DNA from: Macrostomum hystrix
Taxonomy: Eukaryota > Animalia > Platyhelminthes
Reading direction: 5' to 3'
DNA: 64,000 nt
Assembly (NCBI GenBank): GCA_950097015.1
Contig: CATNEN010000030.1
Location: 3,472,001-3,536,000, forward strand
Shown: in pieces, positions 62,885 through 64,000 of the stretch
How positions within the stretch are numbered: the stretch's first letter is position 1
Layout of the letters: every line of letters begins with the position of its first letter
Made by a program: the position numbers and the translations under genes
The notes under the pieces: model-generated
What the model was told of the DNA's origin: nothing
Database searches by the model: none
What the model saw: the letters and a program-made list of their open reading frames with translations, nothing else

Positions 62885-64000
62885 GGGCAGTTTCTCACTA
62901 ACTTGAGCAGTTTCTCACTAACTTGAGCAGTTTCTCACTAACTTGAGCAGTTTCTATTGATGTTGACCAGTTTCTCACTAACTTAAGCAGTTTCTCACTA
63001 ACTTGAGCAGTTTCTATTGATGTTGAGCAGTTTCTCACTAACTTGAGCAGTTTCTATTGATGTTGACCAGTTTCTCACTAACTTAAGCAGTTTCTCACTA
63101 ACTTGAGCAGTTTCTATTGATGTTGACCAGTTTCTCACTAACTTGAGCAGTTTCTATTGATGTTGACCAGTTTCTCACTAACTTAAGCAGTTTCTCACTA
63201 ACTTGAGCAGTTTCTATTGATGTTGACCAGTTTCTCACTAACTTGAGCAGTTTCTCACTAACTTGAGCAGTTTCTCACTAACTTGAGCAGTTTCTCACTA
63301 ACTTGAGCAGTTTCTCACTAACTTGAGCAGTTTCTCACTAACTTGAGCAGTTTCTCACTAACTTGAGCAGTTTCTCACTAACTTGAGCAGTTTCTCACTA
63401 ACTTGAGCAGTTTCTCACTAACTTGAGCAGTTTCTCACTAACTTGAGCAGTTTCTCACTAACTTGAGCAGTTTCTCACTAACTTGAGCAGTTTCTCACTA
63501 ACTTGAGCAGTTTCTCACTAACTTGAGCAGTTTCTATTGATGTTGACCAGTTTCTCACTAACTTGAGCAGTTTCTATTGATGTTGACCAGTTTCTCACTA
63601 ACTTGAGCAGTTTCTATTGATGTTGACCAGTTTCTCACTAACTTGAGCAGTTTCTATTGATGTTGACCAGTTTCTCACTAACTTAAGCAGTTTCTCACTA
63701 ACTTGAGCAGTTTCTATTGATGTTGACCAGTTTCTCACTAACTTGAGCAGTTTCTCACTAACTTGAGCAGTTTCTCACTAACTTGAGCAGTTTCTCACTA
63801 ACTTGAGCAGTTTCTCACTAACTTGAGCAGTTTCTCACTAACTTGAGCAGTTTCTCACTAACTTGAGCAGTTTCTCACTAACTTGAGCAGTTTCTCACTA
63901 ACTTGAGCAGTTTCTCACTAACTTGAGCAGTTTCTCACTAACTTGAGCAGTTTCTCACTAACTTGAGCAGTTTCTCACTAACTTGAGCAGTTTCTCACTA
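62885..64000. repeat. 20-bp two-variant minisatellite (TTCTCACTAACTTGAGCAGT / TTCTATTGATGTTGACCAGT), running off the window end
   Basis: Direct reading. Confidence 0.97.

Overview
This is eukaryotic (metazoan) genomic DNA with GC-rich exons and AT-rich introns. About a quarter of the window (my rough sum is ~16 kb) is made of more than 20 different minisatellite arrays. That style is consistent with a free-living flatworm such as Macrostomum, but this is inference only. By splicing GT-AG junctions by hand I assembled these genes: FAM193-like (+), a secreted C-type lectin/PAN protein (-), PKA regulatory subunit type II (+), a kinesin-like-motor/CCDC78 fusion (+), a GABA-A-like Cys-loop chloride channel subunit (-), a coiled-coil/NHL-like protein with an in-frame (GGGS)n insert (-), a Tctex1-domain protein (+), an orphan two-exon membrane protein (+) and MOB3 (-). 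Mobile DNA includes relics of Gypsy, Merlin, LINE and MULE elements, a hAT MITE, a TTAA-flanked MITE and two tRNA-derived SINE families. Most of the long ORFs in the supplied track are artefacts of the tandem repeats. Top observations: (1) a 49-bp array in the GABA-receptor gene that is an amplified exon/intron junction, giving ~13 potential in-frame 24-nt micro-exons; (2) a CCDC78 orthologue fused to a kinesin motor domain with a degenerate switch I; (3) a modular SINE carrying an exact HDV-ribozyme P3/L3 motif.
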